DNA of 64,000 nt from Moniliella sp. 'wahieum' (lineage: Eukaryota). How positions within the stretch are numbered: the first letter of the stretch is position 1; each line of letters begins with the position of its first letter. The stretch spans positions 186,001 to 250,000 of the forward strand of contig RSEE01000036.1 in NCBI GenBank assembly GCA_003971905.1, in the 5' to 3' direction. Below, in pieces: positions 39,730 to 51,614 of the stretch. Made by a program: the position numbers and the translations under genes. The notes below the pieces were generated by a model. It was not told the DNA's origin. It saw only the letters and a program-made list of their open reading frames with translations, and did not search any database.

Positions 39730-41045
39730 AGCCACGTCACGCGTCAGGGTACCCTCCGGTTTTTTAGTCTATCTCGTTACAAAATCGTGCTTTTTGTCAC
39801 CATCCGATGATAATACGAACAGGTGTGGCTTAGCGCTTTTAATAGGCTAAGTGCTTAGCTTGGGGTGGCGGGTTAATTAATGGACTTCCCGTACCCCGCC
39901 TTTCGAGCGAGTTTGTGGCTTAAGATTTAGTATCGATGATCGAGATGATCGTGAAATCATGCGTTACAACTAACATGCAGCACCGGGCACCGGGCACCTG
40001 AGAAATAGTTGTGGAACAGAGGCATAGAGGCTGTAACATGTAACATGTGACATGTGACATGCGATCGGTGACCTGTTGTGAACGCGTGTGTGCATGTGAA
40101 CGTTGAACATAGGAAGCAGTGCTCTCAGATCTCAAGCTGAGCCCAGCTATGATGTGGGGTTGTGGTGCTACCGGGGCAGAATACCAATGTTGCGGGACAA
40201 GAGAGCGGTGGCGCCAACGCACGTTACATTCCACCATGCTCTCGCCTTCTGTCGGTCGTGTTGAGGAAGTGCATGGCTGCTCAGCGCTCAGCAGGCATCA
40301 GCTTGTTGGACTTCAAGCTTCACTTCAGCTTCAAGTGAAGCTTGAGAACCCCAATCTCAATCTCAATGTGCCGCCACATTATCCCACCTAGAGTGTGCCC
40401 ACAGGAGATGACATCCTAAAGCGCCTCAGCCTCAGTGCTGGAAGCTTTAGATCTGAGATCTGAGATTGAGATCTGAGAGCTTGTGAATTTTGGAAGGAGC
40501 GCCGAGCAAAGGCACCCTGAATGTATGTGATCATGTGACGTCAGCATGAGAGAGAAGCCTGCTGCCTGCGGCGAGCCTGCGGGGAGACTGTGGGGAACTG
40601 TCGGAGGCTCGGAGGCAGGCACTGCATCAGTGCGGAGAAAACGGTGCGGGCGGGCGGGCGAATGTCTTGTACCCTCCTGTGCCTTGCATCAGTCCTTGTA
40701 CTGAACGTACTTGTTCCAGAGACTGCAGACGCACGTCTCCGAGAGCTCGGGCAGAGCGAGCAGGGCAGTGGAACACTTACCTTTGCAGTCACTCTCACTA
40801 GCTCCACTAGCTACTAGTTCTAGTTACTAGTCACTCATGTCATGCATCATGCATCATGCACCACGGATCATCGACCATCGACCATCGATCATCGATCATC
40901 TCCCGATGGGCCCCGAGAGCCGCAGGCGCTGGCCATCCTGAGCGTTAGCGCTCCTGCCTCAGGCCAGGCTCCGAAGCCCGCCTCACCTGGGCTTGAGGAG
41001 CTTGAAGCTTGAGGCCTGATGCATGATGCATGACGCATGAGCGAC
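39730..41045. repeat. Dense cluster of TNA/4-bp-palindrome heptamer micro-arrays
   Basis: Runs of ACATGTN, AGATCTG, ACTAGTN, ATGCATC, ATCGATC and AAGCTTG. Confidence 0.9.
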
Positions 41046-41535
41046 GACCAGGCTGGTCCATGCCAGCGTGGGGCCGCCAGGCTGCTCACCTGAGCGCGAT
41101 GGCGGCATAAAACCTACCGCAGCTCCCTTGTGCTGAGCTGCGAGTCGCTTTTCCCTCTGTTTCCTTCCCAACCCCCCTAGCTTGCCACCACCACCATTAG
41201 CATCGTCGCATAATTATGGCACCGCCACCTTCTTCATTCCCAGGCATCGACCGCAGCGTTTTCGCCCGGTCCGTCGTCGTCTTCGCGCCTCTCTGCTCCA
41301 CGCACGTGGTTTCGTCGTCGCGGCTCAGTCCCTGTCCCACCAGCATCCGACCTGCGTGCCACTGCTGCCAATGCCGCAGCCCCACACGCCATGGCTGGCA
41401 GTGACACTTCATCCCAGCCTCCCCGCCCTGCGAGCGTCTCCACCACCATTTACTGCTGAGGGCATCGCCACGACTCGGACCCCGTATGGCGAAGTATACG
41501 CCCTCTAAAACCCCTTCCGTCGCGCATCCGGTCCC

Positions 41536-43436
41536 ATGAATAGCGCTGTCGCATCGTCACAGCCAGCGGCGGCACCGGAGCCTGCACCGGAAGCGGCACC
41601 GGAGCCAACCCCTTCCTCGAAACAACAAAGCGGCACTAACTAATGGCGGTTATACCAGCGCGGCCTCTGCTGGTGGCTCCGTCTCGCCCTTGACAGCCCC
41701 CACCCCCGCAGCTCATTTGGCTTGGTTGTCATTTTACCGCTGCTGCTGCTCGGTTACTCGGCAGTGATGGCCACCACGTGTCTGCTAATGCTGCTCCCCA
41801 GCTTTCCCCTGAAATTGCCCCCGAGGTGACTTCCCCATCTTGGGATTGTCCTGGCATGAAAGGTTCCTCCCCCTGCTCCACCGGGCTCGGATCGTGGTCA
41901 AAATCCACTTCATACGTTTCGTCGCCTTGTTCCGATGTTGGACTGGAGCACGAGGAATGCAGGTCTGGTTTGATCCCATCGAGCGCCAGATCGAGCAAGA
42001 TGGAGAGGCACTGTTCCTTGGTCGCTTTACTGATCGCTCGCCCTTTAATCCGGATCTCTCCGCTGACACGGGAGGGGTGCACCCAACTGGGCAGGCGAGC
42101 ACCCATGCGTCTCCCTCACACCAAGAAGCACGCGCCTTGGGCAATGCCGATGGGAGTGATGGCGGCAATCATTCTACCGGCCCTACTCTATCTCCTCATC
42201 GAATGCGTGGTGGCGCAATCCCCAATACCAATGGCAACCCACCACGCCTGGAACAATATCGTGCTGCGTTGTCGGCCAAGGTCGTTTCGCGAAAACACGT
42301 TGAGATTTGGTGCACCTCTGACCCTCCCCCCTCCAAGGCTGGGAAACCTCTTTCCGAAGACGTGGGCCCCCTAGATATCAATCGTCCCATATCACCTCTG
42401 GTTTTAGGGATGAACGATGAGCATGCGTCTTCGGGGAAGAAGCTCTGGATTCGTCTGTTCAGGCGCCTGCACAAACGCCAGAAACCCCTGCTGTCAAGTG
42501 GTGGATCCGTGACCTGGGTAGCAGTGCTGGAACGTTTGTCAACAACACACTCTCTCCAAGCCTTTGGTGGCCAGTGGGCCAACGGAGCTGCACGAGGGAG
42601 ACGTTGTGAAGCTTGGCGTTAACTATTCCAGGGGACGCAACGCCTACCAGGCAGTTCAGATGAAGGTCGAGCTGCACGACGTTGATGTGCAGACAGAGTA
42701 TGCGGCCCATGCTCGGCGCTACCTTGCCCAGCAGTTGCACAAAAACGACAGTGCCACGCCTGCAGTGGTGCCGGCGAAAGATGGCACCGCAGCCGTGCCA
42801 GCCAAAGATGGTACCCCAGCCGTGCCGATAGCTGAATGCTGTATCTGCCTCTTTGGCATGACGGTTTCTCAGAGCTTGTTTATTGCTCCCTGCAGCCATT
42901 CCTTTCACTACAAGTGCATCCGCCCTCTGTTGATGCGCCTTCACCCAGGCTTCTGCTGTCCCTTGTGCCGCAGCTTTGCCGACCTGGACGAGGAGGTGGA
43001 CGCGGTCGATATGGATGCCAAGCCAGACTCTACCCAGGCAACCTCGAACGCCCAGACAACCTCGAACGATCAGGCAACCTCGAACGATCAGGCAACCTCG
43101 AACGCTCAAGCAACCTCGAACGCTCAAGCAACCTCGAACGCTCAAGCAACCTCGAACGCTCAAGCAACCAGCCCCACCGCAGCTACTACCTCATTCGCGC
43201 CCTCTACAGAAGCAACAAGGCCGGCGAATTATAATAAGGGCAAGGCTCCCGAAGCCATCGGGGAAAGTGTGGCGGCGATGGTGGCGGCAGGAATGCTGGA
43301 CGTGTCTACACAGGGACGGAGCGCTCCTTCTGGCGAACACGTGCGCGAAGCTTCCGGGACGGATTCCTCGGCGCATTCAGGCTCGAGATCGGAGGGGATC
43401 ATGGGTCGCACGAGTCCGTCTCGTCAGCATCAATGA
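41536..43436 (+). CDS. DMA1: FHA + RING-H2 E3 ubiquitin ligase (Dma1/Dma2 family), frameshifted
   Basis: FDPIERQ..LGRFTDR, SAKVVSRKHVEIW, GSSAGTFVN, ELHEGDVVKLGVNY; RING ECCICL..FIAPCSHSFHYKCIRPLL..CPLCRSFADL. Start uncertain (ATG at 41216 or 41536). Confidence 0.9.
43035..43169 (+). repeat. Coding 18-bp tandem repeat (QATSNA/D x7.5)
   Basis: Units of consensus CARGCAACCTCGAACG(A/C)T directly after the RING domain. Confidence 0.97.
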
Positions 43437-44375
43437 GCAGCACGCCACCTCTGGTTAACAAGCATGCTTCTTCGGGGGCTCCAGGCTCATTCTTGCCCAC
43501 ACCGCGGGCAGGAACACTTCCTCATTCCTAACATTCCCACTCATATGCCGCCTCATTTGTACAAGCCCAGATTTGGGATGGATCTCATGTCCAGGAGCGT
43601 TGGTGCTCGTTGCTTTCATTCTTTGCCATCGGCCAATGGCGCGTTTCTGGCATACGCATGTTTCTCGCATCCTTCACAAGACTCACCTACTCTCTTCATT
43701 CGCCCGCCCGATGTATGTCTATGATTGCATAGGGTTTAGCGCCCACATTAAATCAAAAAAGGGCACCCTGACAAAGAAGCACGTATAATAAGAGTACTAG
43801 GGGGTGCGGCAAAAGGAAGTCAGGTCCACCCAGACATTAGAAATGAGGGGGCGGAGATATGATTTCTCGGGACATCAAACAGTCTTTTGCCCATTAATAA
43901 AAAACGTCACAACGTCATTAGTCATAGTCACACCGCTTATTCTTGAACCCCTCTCCAGTATCACAGTGATCTGACACTAGTGACATTGCACAGTGCGAAG
44001 GTGAGTAGGGCATAGTGTATAGATAAATGTAACCGGGTCTGGGGTGGCTGAGGTTTGATGGCGGGAAACCGGTAACCGGTAATACCAGGGAAAGGAATCA
44101 GTGTAGGTGTTGGTATAGGAGAGGGTTGGATGATGAGCAACAGAGGTTTTTTATAGGCAGAGAGGCGGACCGGGCATGTGGAAGAAACCCCATGTTGTGG
44201 GGATATATGCTTCGATGGATCCGCCGGCGCAAGTTTCTACGCCTTCTGTGCTTTTTCGTTTTGGCTCCTCTCTCATATTGAACGGGACGGTTCGGGTGCC
44301 CATTTTTTTTTCAGCTCGTGCGCTCCAGCCCACATCCAACGAGTCGACTGTGAAGGAGGAGGATAGAACGGGCAT

Positions 44376-44481
44376 TAAGCTCTGTCAATGATATGGTTAT
44401 AGCATATAGGAGTCGGTTTCGGCGCAGCGTTTCTTTGTCCCAGCCTTCAGCTCTGTCAACGATATGGTTGCAGTATAGGGA
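44376..44481 (-). mobile_element. Two tandem 5'-end fragments of the Helitron-like family
   Basis: AGCTCTGTCAAYGATATGGTT occurs at ~44378 and ~44449, the reverse complement of the family 5' motif. Confidence 0.65.
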
Positions 44482-44519
44482 AAATGACCAGATAATTATG
44501 CACCAGTATCCTTTACTAG

Positions 44520-45150
44520 TATATATTGCATCCATATCATGACAGAGCTTAAGGCTGGGACAGGGGAATCGCTACGTCTAAACCGAACCAATCATCTCGC
44601 GGGGATTACTTTTAGAGGCGCCACCAAAGTTAAGGAACCAGGGGGATCGCCAGGATATCAGGATGACCCCCTGGTTCCGCCATCCGGTCCCGTACCCTAG
44701 GTAGCGCGTGTGGACACGGATGAATGTGGTTGACATCCGAGCGAGGGACCATTTCCATTGAGACTCAGTAACCAAATCCTTCCAATGCGAATATCTTGCC
44801 CGCTATCTTGGTACCACCGTAGTATCCTCGCGTCGTCAAAACCAGGGGGGGGAAACGGCTCTTGAGTGCGTCCCTGGTACTTGGCGTTCTTGTCGCATTC
44901 TGCTTGTTCCAGCAGCCGAAGCAGCTTCTTCTCCCGGCGTTCCAAAGGCGAGACGCAGCGCTCTCGTGCACCACCCTCCGGTAGCGCTCTGCGCCTCCTG
45001 CGTTCCCGTGTCGCGCAGCATATGGTCCACCTCCATTCCAGATCCTCCGATTGCTCCGGGCCCTATCACGCGGTAGTCAGAGCGCTGTGCCCTCCTACCG
45101 TCCCGCCTCGTCCCATCCTCTTCCTCCACTGGCATAGGTTCGTTGTGGAT
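44520..45150 (+). mobile_element. Helitron-like family copy (5' end plus body)
   Basis: Begins TATATATTGCATCCATATCATGACAGAGCTTAAGGCTGGGACAGGGG and is colinear with 51615-52231. Confidence 0.7.
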
Positions 45151-45449
45151 GTGGGTGTCGGGGATGGAGCGCACGAACTGGGCTCCCGCACTGCCTCATG
45201 CAACGCATTAAACTTGGCATATATGGGAGCGGGTGCACACCATGATGTGCTCCAGCGAGGACATGACGCCGCACTTGCACATGCTGCGCTTGGAGCGGCA
45301 CAGCGTGCGGAGCTGGAGACCAACCTGAACCTGCTGGTCAGAGAGCTTGAGGCACGGGACAGATGGAATGGCGGAGAGCCAATTGCAGTGGCTCAGCGGG
45401 CTGCTGTGCTCAACCATATGGCGACCATCGGCAGCGTCCAGCTTCTGGA

Positions 45450-45820
45450 GCAGCTCCTGTTGACTCTAGAACGCCACAAATACCATGGACGTGCCCAAGA
45501 ACCGTTTTCTCCCTGGTTAGACAGCGGACAAGATGCCTGGTACCTGGAAGGAATGGACTCCTGAGTCTCGATGCAGATGTTTCACCGTTCGGATGTCTAC
45601 TACCACGTTCTTCATCCGTATCCACGCGCGCTTCCCCGTGTATGGGAACGGATGGCGGGTACCAGAGGGTCCTGATCTCATGGCGATTACCCTGGTTCCC
45701 TAGACGAGGATGGCGCTAACAAGCAACATATACGCCGGATGAACGAGTTGGTTCAAGCGCAACGTTTATTTGTCCCACAGCCTTAAAGCTCTGCCAATGG
45801 TATGGTTGCGCGAAGTAGAG
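45450..45820 (-). mobile_element. Diverged family copy, inverted relative to 44520-45150
   Basis: 45470-45810 matches 33765-34120 in the same orientation (KYHGRAQEPF vs YQGRTQEPF; GTATGGGAACGGATGGCGGG; AGCTCTGYCAATG). Confidence 0.65.
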
Positions 45821-46931
45821 ACTCAATACTCAATTTCTCAGCCGGCTTTCGGCGCTGAGGCGCTGAAGAAGCTTGAAAAGGCATTGATCATTTCGATCAT
45901 TTCGATCATCGATAATCGATAATCGACTATCGTTAACAACGTTGGTAAGGCTGGCCAACGCCAGAAAGAGCTTGAAGGCTGACGCTGATGCTCGAAGGCT
46001 GGCTTGAAGGCTCCAAGCTTCAAACTTGAAATATTATGCCGGCTTGCATTGCGAGATCTGTGCTGTGGTCAGAGAAATTTTGGCCATATGAAAGCCGACT
46101 GCAGTGGCTACATCCCAGGAGACGATGGTCCAAATAGGCCACAAGGGAGAGTTTGCGCAGCAGGTGGTCGAGAAGAGCGGGAAAGCGGTGGTGCACAAGA
46201 AGTAGCCGTCAATTCGGTCACTGTGCTGGACGGTCGACATGATCGACAAAAGCGAAAAAGCATATTGTTGTTGGCCATACATCACAGTAGTCATTTACAT
46301 GGCCTGAGGGCCAGACTACTAGTCAACTAGCCGAGCTTCAATAGTCACCTAGTCACACGCCGGACGGTCAAAGTCCGGTCAACAAAATGTAGGCGGTGCT
46401 ATAACATCTTCAAGGGTGGGGGGTGATGTACGTTCACATAGCACGTTCACATGTCACATGTCACAATGGTCCTGTGTCCAGCCACTAGCCCTCGGCACAT
46501 AGGCAGCGTTCAGCCGGCCCAGGGACACTGGATTCGTGCTGGGGGCGAAGCGGGTGGAGTGACTACAGTGCTGAAACTCAATGTTCCATGTTCGCCACTC
46601 GGAAGGCGGGGCGGGACGTGGCGGGACTGGTGCACAAAGAAATAGTCGTGCAGCACAGGGCCTGTGTCTGGGTCGCGCAGATCTGCGGATCCCATTTTTA
46701 TTACGCTTTCCGGCGCGCAGCGTGACGCTTGGCTGGGGAGAAATGGCCTGACCACCTTAGTCGCCCACCCAACTGTTGCCATCACGGTGGCTCCGATGGC
46801 GGAGGTGTCGATCCGGTGGTCATAAAGTCGCTGGATAGCTACCTTCCACTCCTAGGGAACCCACCACTACACTACCCCCTCTTCAACGACTCTTCCACCC
46901 CCCCCCACACATTCTTTTGCTTGTTCACACC

Positions 46932-49152
46932 ATGCGCTGGACTGTGGCCGCCGCCGCAACCGCCGCATACGCACTCGGTGTCAATGCGGGTCGTCATCCC
47001 TCCGTTCACCATCGCACTTCCACCACCTCTCTGTCTGCCCGCGCTCCGGGTGCAGAGCCGGCCTCGTTCAAGCCAAAGGTGCGCGAGTACACTCTCGAGC
47101 TCGGAAATCAATGGCTCGCGCCCGACGGGTATTGGCGCCAGACATATGCCATCAACGGACAAACCCCTGGCCCCCCCATTGAAGGCAATGAGGGTGACAC
47201 ATTCCGTATCACCATCGTCAATAACCTCGGAATTCAAACGTCGATGCACTGGCACGGGCTCGATGTTCCCATGCATCAGGATGGTACGTTTCCTCTTCAT
47301 CATATTTCCACACTTTTTCCTGACCTCCAGACTTTTCAGGTGTTCCCGGCGTGACTCAGTACAACATCATGCCCTACTCTAACTATACATACGAGTGGAC
47401 GGCCAAGAACTATGGGATTCATTACTATCACTCCCATGCCTCGGCCACCTACGCTGACGGGCTGCGTGGCCCCATCATTCTCCACCCCAAGCCGTCCCGT
47501 TCTCGTCCGTGGGAAGCCATTTCCCAGAACAAGGATGATCAACGTGCCATGGAGGAAGCGTACCACAAGGCTGGGCCTCTCATACTGCACGACTGGCGTC
47601 ATGAGTCGATGGACAATGCCCTGACTCGTTACCGCTTCACCGGGCAGGACCCCTACTGCATCGACTCCCTTTTGATCAACTCACAGGGTCGCAATTACTG
47701 TTACGATGTGGAGTACCTGAAGTCCATCGCGGGCTTGCAAGCACCTTTTATTGATGGCCTCGACTCCAACGGATGCGTCGGTCCAGTTTTTGGATTCAAG
47801 AACGCTTTCGCTAAGGTGAATCCCTCCACGTGCCAGAACTCCACCTCGGCCTTGGGAGAGTATAAGTCCTCGGTGCATGGCTCCGCGGACGGAAAGTTTG
47901 CCGCTTTCCACATCCTCAATGGCGGGACTGAGTACGAGACGTGTTTCTCCATTGATGGTCACGACATGTGGGTTGTTGCTACGGACGGTACGTTCGTCCA
48001 CCCACAGAAGGTTAAAATTCTTGATACCCAATTGGGACAACGCTACACGGTAATGGTTCCGCTACAAGAGAAGGGACGATACACAATGCGCGCTTCCCTG
48101 TGCAACAACATGCCTCAGATTAAGTCTGGGTATGCCGTGCTGGATGTGGAGAACAAGTCGACTTCGAAAAGGTCTGAGGCTACGGTGGACGTGACGGTTA
48201 AGGATGATGATCTGGACAACAAACCCGACACCGACGGTGACTATGATGATGACGATTTGGTCTACGGGAAGCGCGCTGGAAACACCGTTATGTACAATGA
48301 GGGTGATGGTCTCCCCGAGATTGCAGTGGGGCTCTCAAGCCTTCTGTCCAGCCTTACATTGCAGGCCATGGCCAAGAGCATCTTCCTCTCCAGAAGCCAA
48401 AGTTTAGCAACGGTATGAAGCCCAGTGATGGCATGCACGTGACCAATGACCTGGGTACGGAGGGAAAGCAATGGATGCTCTACAATGGTTCTGGCATTGC
48501 TGGCGTCACGGTGTCCAACTACTCCACCATGCACCCATGGACAAAAAACCCTCCGCCCGCCCAGTCAACCCACACGTTCAAGTTCAACCTCAACATTACC
48601 AATGGAGTGTCGTGGGCTCTCAACACTCAACCTCTATCGGGCCTTACATCCCAGCTCGATCCTCTTCTCTGGTCGAAGAACCGCCCTCATGGACCGGACT
48701 TCCACCATAGTATCATTGGCGTTCCCGTCGGCGCAGTGGTGGACGTGATTCACCAGGCGGCCAGCTCGAACCTGGGTAACCCTCCTCATCCTATCCACAA
48801 GCACCAAAACAATGTTTGGGTTCTTGGTATGGGCGAAGGCGAGTTCCCCTACACATCCGTGGAAGAAGCTCAGGCCAAGCAGCCCGGACTGCTCAACTTG
48901 GTTAACCCACCAGTCCGCGACTCGTGGCACATCCCCGCCGGCGGCTGGGTTATCACACGCCACCGGGTGCTGGAAGACGGCGTCGTTCCCTGGCATTGCC
49001 ATATTGCTGTTCACTTGGGAAGTGGCATGAGCGTTCTCTGGGCCCAGGGCGACGCTCTCCCCATGTCGGAAATCCCTGACAACGTCCTCCATTCCCCTCA
49101 CGCGCCCCCACAGTACGTTCCGCAGAACGGACAAATTGGTCTTGACGTGTAA
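46932..49152 (+). CDS. Secreted multicopper oxidase / laccase (AA1), one intron, one apparent frameshift near 48400
   Basis: Signal-like N-terminus; Cu motifs MHWHG, YYHSH, PPHPIHKH, WHCHIAVHLGSGM; QDG|VPGVTQ across intron 47284-47339. Confidence 0.95.
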
Positions 49153-50427
49153 AGTTACCCTTCTGGTTATATACGTTTCTATTTCGCCATGGTCATTGGT
49201 CTTTTTCTTCTTGTCCCAAGACCCTATTAGTTTTTGTCCCTTTTTGCCTCCCTCTCATGCCCTTGTATTTGCCATGATGCATGGGTCTGTAAACGGTCAC
49301 GGTTTCGACTCCTGCGATTATTCGCTTCCCCCTCTATCCGGTCGTCATGATTTGCTATACGTCTTCATACAAAAACGCTGCCACGAACGATGTTTTTTTA
49401 TACTTTTCGTTGATATATAGGTTGTACTGATTATAACCACACCATAGATGTGAGCTTTAGAAGTTGACCGCTCTCGACGTCGTGTCTCCACAGACGTCCG
49501 ACGATGTGTGACCGCCCGGATTTGTATGGCGAATGAAGCTACGAATTCGTCTCCCGTAGTATATCTCAAGTATACGCGGTGTTTCGATGATCGACAGTTG
49601 CATCTCTCGTGGGAGACGATGGTCTTTTGAAACAGCTCGACGATGCTGTCGTAACCAGGTGGACCACCCCAAACGAAGTACAGAGTCTGTTCTGCTCCAA
49701 TCCCAAGCTTCTTTACTCCCACTCCCTGAAAAGCTGAATCAGTGGTGACCAAGTGCGGAGAGGGATATGCTCCTCTCTCCAAAACAATCACACCACCCAT
49801 CTCGTCATCCCGCGGTCTGTTCGTCTTGATGCAACACGTAGGGGAATAAGGCGCATGTATGGATATAGAGAAAATGGCTTAGCCCCTACTACTCTCCCTG
49901 TTGATTTCACGGTATGCGTAGCCCCCGAGAGGACTCCTGTTTCGCCCCCCCGCCTCGACATATCCCTGACCACGGCCGTGATGACCTTGCACCAGTGCGT
50001 AGGCCACACTGATCTGCCCCAGGTCCTGCGCCTGCCAGTTTGCGCTCCTGTGTCGCTTCTCTCCTGTCTTCTCTCATGCCCAACACCACTTCCACTCGAA
50101 CTTCGTTCACTCTCCGTACCCGTGATCAGCTCCGTATATAGATCTTTCAGTCAGTAAGGACCTTCTGATTGCGACCAGTTGATGATACACCGGCGCTAGA
50201 AGAAGTACCTCGACACGCTGACGGCCGATGGATGGCTGATGTTTATGGAAAATACAAACCCTAACGTTGTCTTACTGTATTACAGCTTTATCCCTGCTTT
50301 CACAAATTAAGAACCTACTTACTGCGGTACATTTTCTAACCCTAACTTCTTGCCTTCGTAACCAGTGGGACGCATCGTTGTGCCCACCTATCCGACCCCA
50401 CCGTTTTGGACACGACTGTTTAGCGCA

Positions 50428-50997
50428 ATGGCTTCCTCCGACCTTCAGTGGCTGCTCACCAAGAAGAGCAACGCTTACATTGTTAAGCAGCAGCAGGTGC
50501 CCCTCTTCTTCTCGCGCGAGGCGGGCAACATCGCTGCCGTCAACCAGGCCAAGGTATGTGTGCCCTATACCCCTCTTGGACCCGGACGATGCGATTCTGC
50601 CTGGGTGCCTGTGACGTTTCAAAGAGCCAACCGCCCGGACGCGATGGAGAGTATTTCTAACGCTTTTGGGCTCCACAGTACTCCTCGGTTTCCCTGCTGC
50701 AGTTGGCGTTGCTCCCGCCAAGAACGGTAAGGGCGTTGTCATTTCCCAAAAGAACCCCAAGGCCACGTCGCAGGATGTCGCCCGCCAATTCAACCGCAAC
50801 ACGGTCACTGGCGGCGCCCGTCGTGCGGCTGGTATTGTTTCTCGCCAGGTCTCCGCCACCCGCCCAGACCTGCACAGGGCTGCCGTCTCCAAGGCCCAGG
50901 GCATCATCCGCGCCAACAGGGTGGTGTCGCCCCCCGCCCTCCCGGCAAGGTCCGTGGAGCCAAGAAGCCCGTCGTGGCCGTTGAGGAGTCTGCTTAA
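50428..50997 (+). CDS. RPL28: 60S ribosomal protein eL28
   Basis: MASSDLQWLLTKKSNAYIVK..FSREAGN; intron 50554-50678; RPDLHRAAVSKA. Two apparent frameshifts; stop TAA at 50995-50997. Confidence 0.88.
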
Positions 50998-51499
50998 GTC
51001 TGTCATGTCCCTCAGTGCACCTATGTTACGTCGTTGGCTTGCGTGCCGACCGTACCTGGAATCTGGGTCACATCGAAAATGATCCATACATGTATAGGCA
51101 CTGCCAGTGTCTAGGACTTCACCTTAAGCCTGACTCACATTTGTGGGGATCTTTGGCGTTGCGGGCACGTCATTTCCGCTTCTTCACTGGCAGATGATCC
51201 TTGTGACACCGTCATACCTATACAGTTGCTTTGAATGGGAACAAAGGAAGTTGGAGGTATGAAGCTGTGAAGTCGGGCAAGAGGATGTAACACTTTCTAG
51301 TGACCCTCTTCGTCTCCAATTCCTAGTCTCATGTCTACAGCACTGAATATTGACCTCGCAGAGTTCAATCGGCGCCCCCGCTTATGTCCATGAAGTGTCC
51401 AAATATACCACAAATACACACGGGTCTTCGCGTGCGCCCTGCGCCTACATCAACTCTAAACCATCTTCATCATGACGGCGGCCGTAAGGAGTGTACTAG

Positions 51500-51607
51500 T
51501 ATATTGCATCCATATCATTGACAGAGCTTCAATTAAGGCTGCGACAGGGAAACGCTACGCCTAAACCGACCCGCTCATCCGGCGTGTGAGGCCCGGTGGT
51601 CTCCTAG
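51500..51607 (+). mobile_element. Minimal (~108 bp) Helitron-like element: family 5' end joined to family 3' end
   Basis: TATATTGCATCCATATCATTGACAGAGC ... AGGCCCGGTGGTCTCCTAG followed by T. Confidence 0.7.
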
Positions 51608-51614
51608 TTCACGT

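Noticed and set aside
43035..43169. Regular repeat that could be mistaken for a CRISPR array
   Set aside because: Contiguous in-frame 18-bp units with no unique spacers, in a eukaryotic gene, with no cas genes.
44520..45820. Single TIR (cut-and-paste) transposon
   Set aside because: No TSD seen, the arms are diverged, and the same end occurs unpaired or joined to a hairpin-CTAG 3' end elsewhere.
50154..50285. Possible intron-hosted C/D snoRNA (GTAAGG..TGATGA..CTGA..CTGA..CTAAC..CAG)
   Set aside because: Terminal stem is weak and I could not match a guide to rRNA or snRNA. The CTAAC is also part of the AACCCTA motif. A snoscan/Infernal search would be needed.
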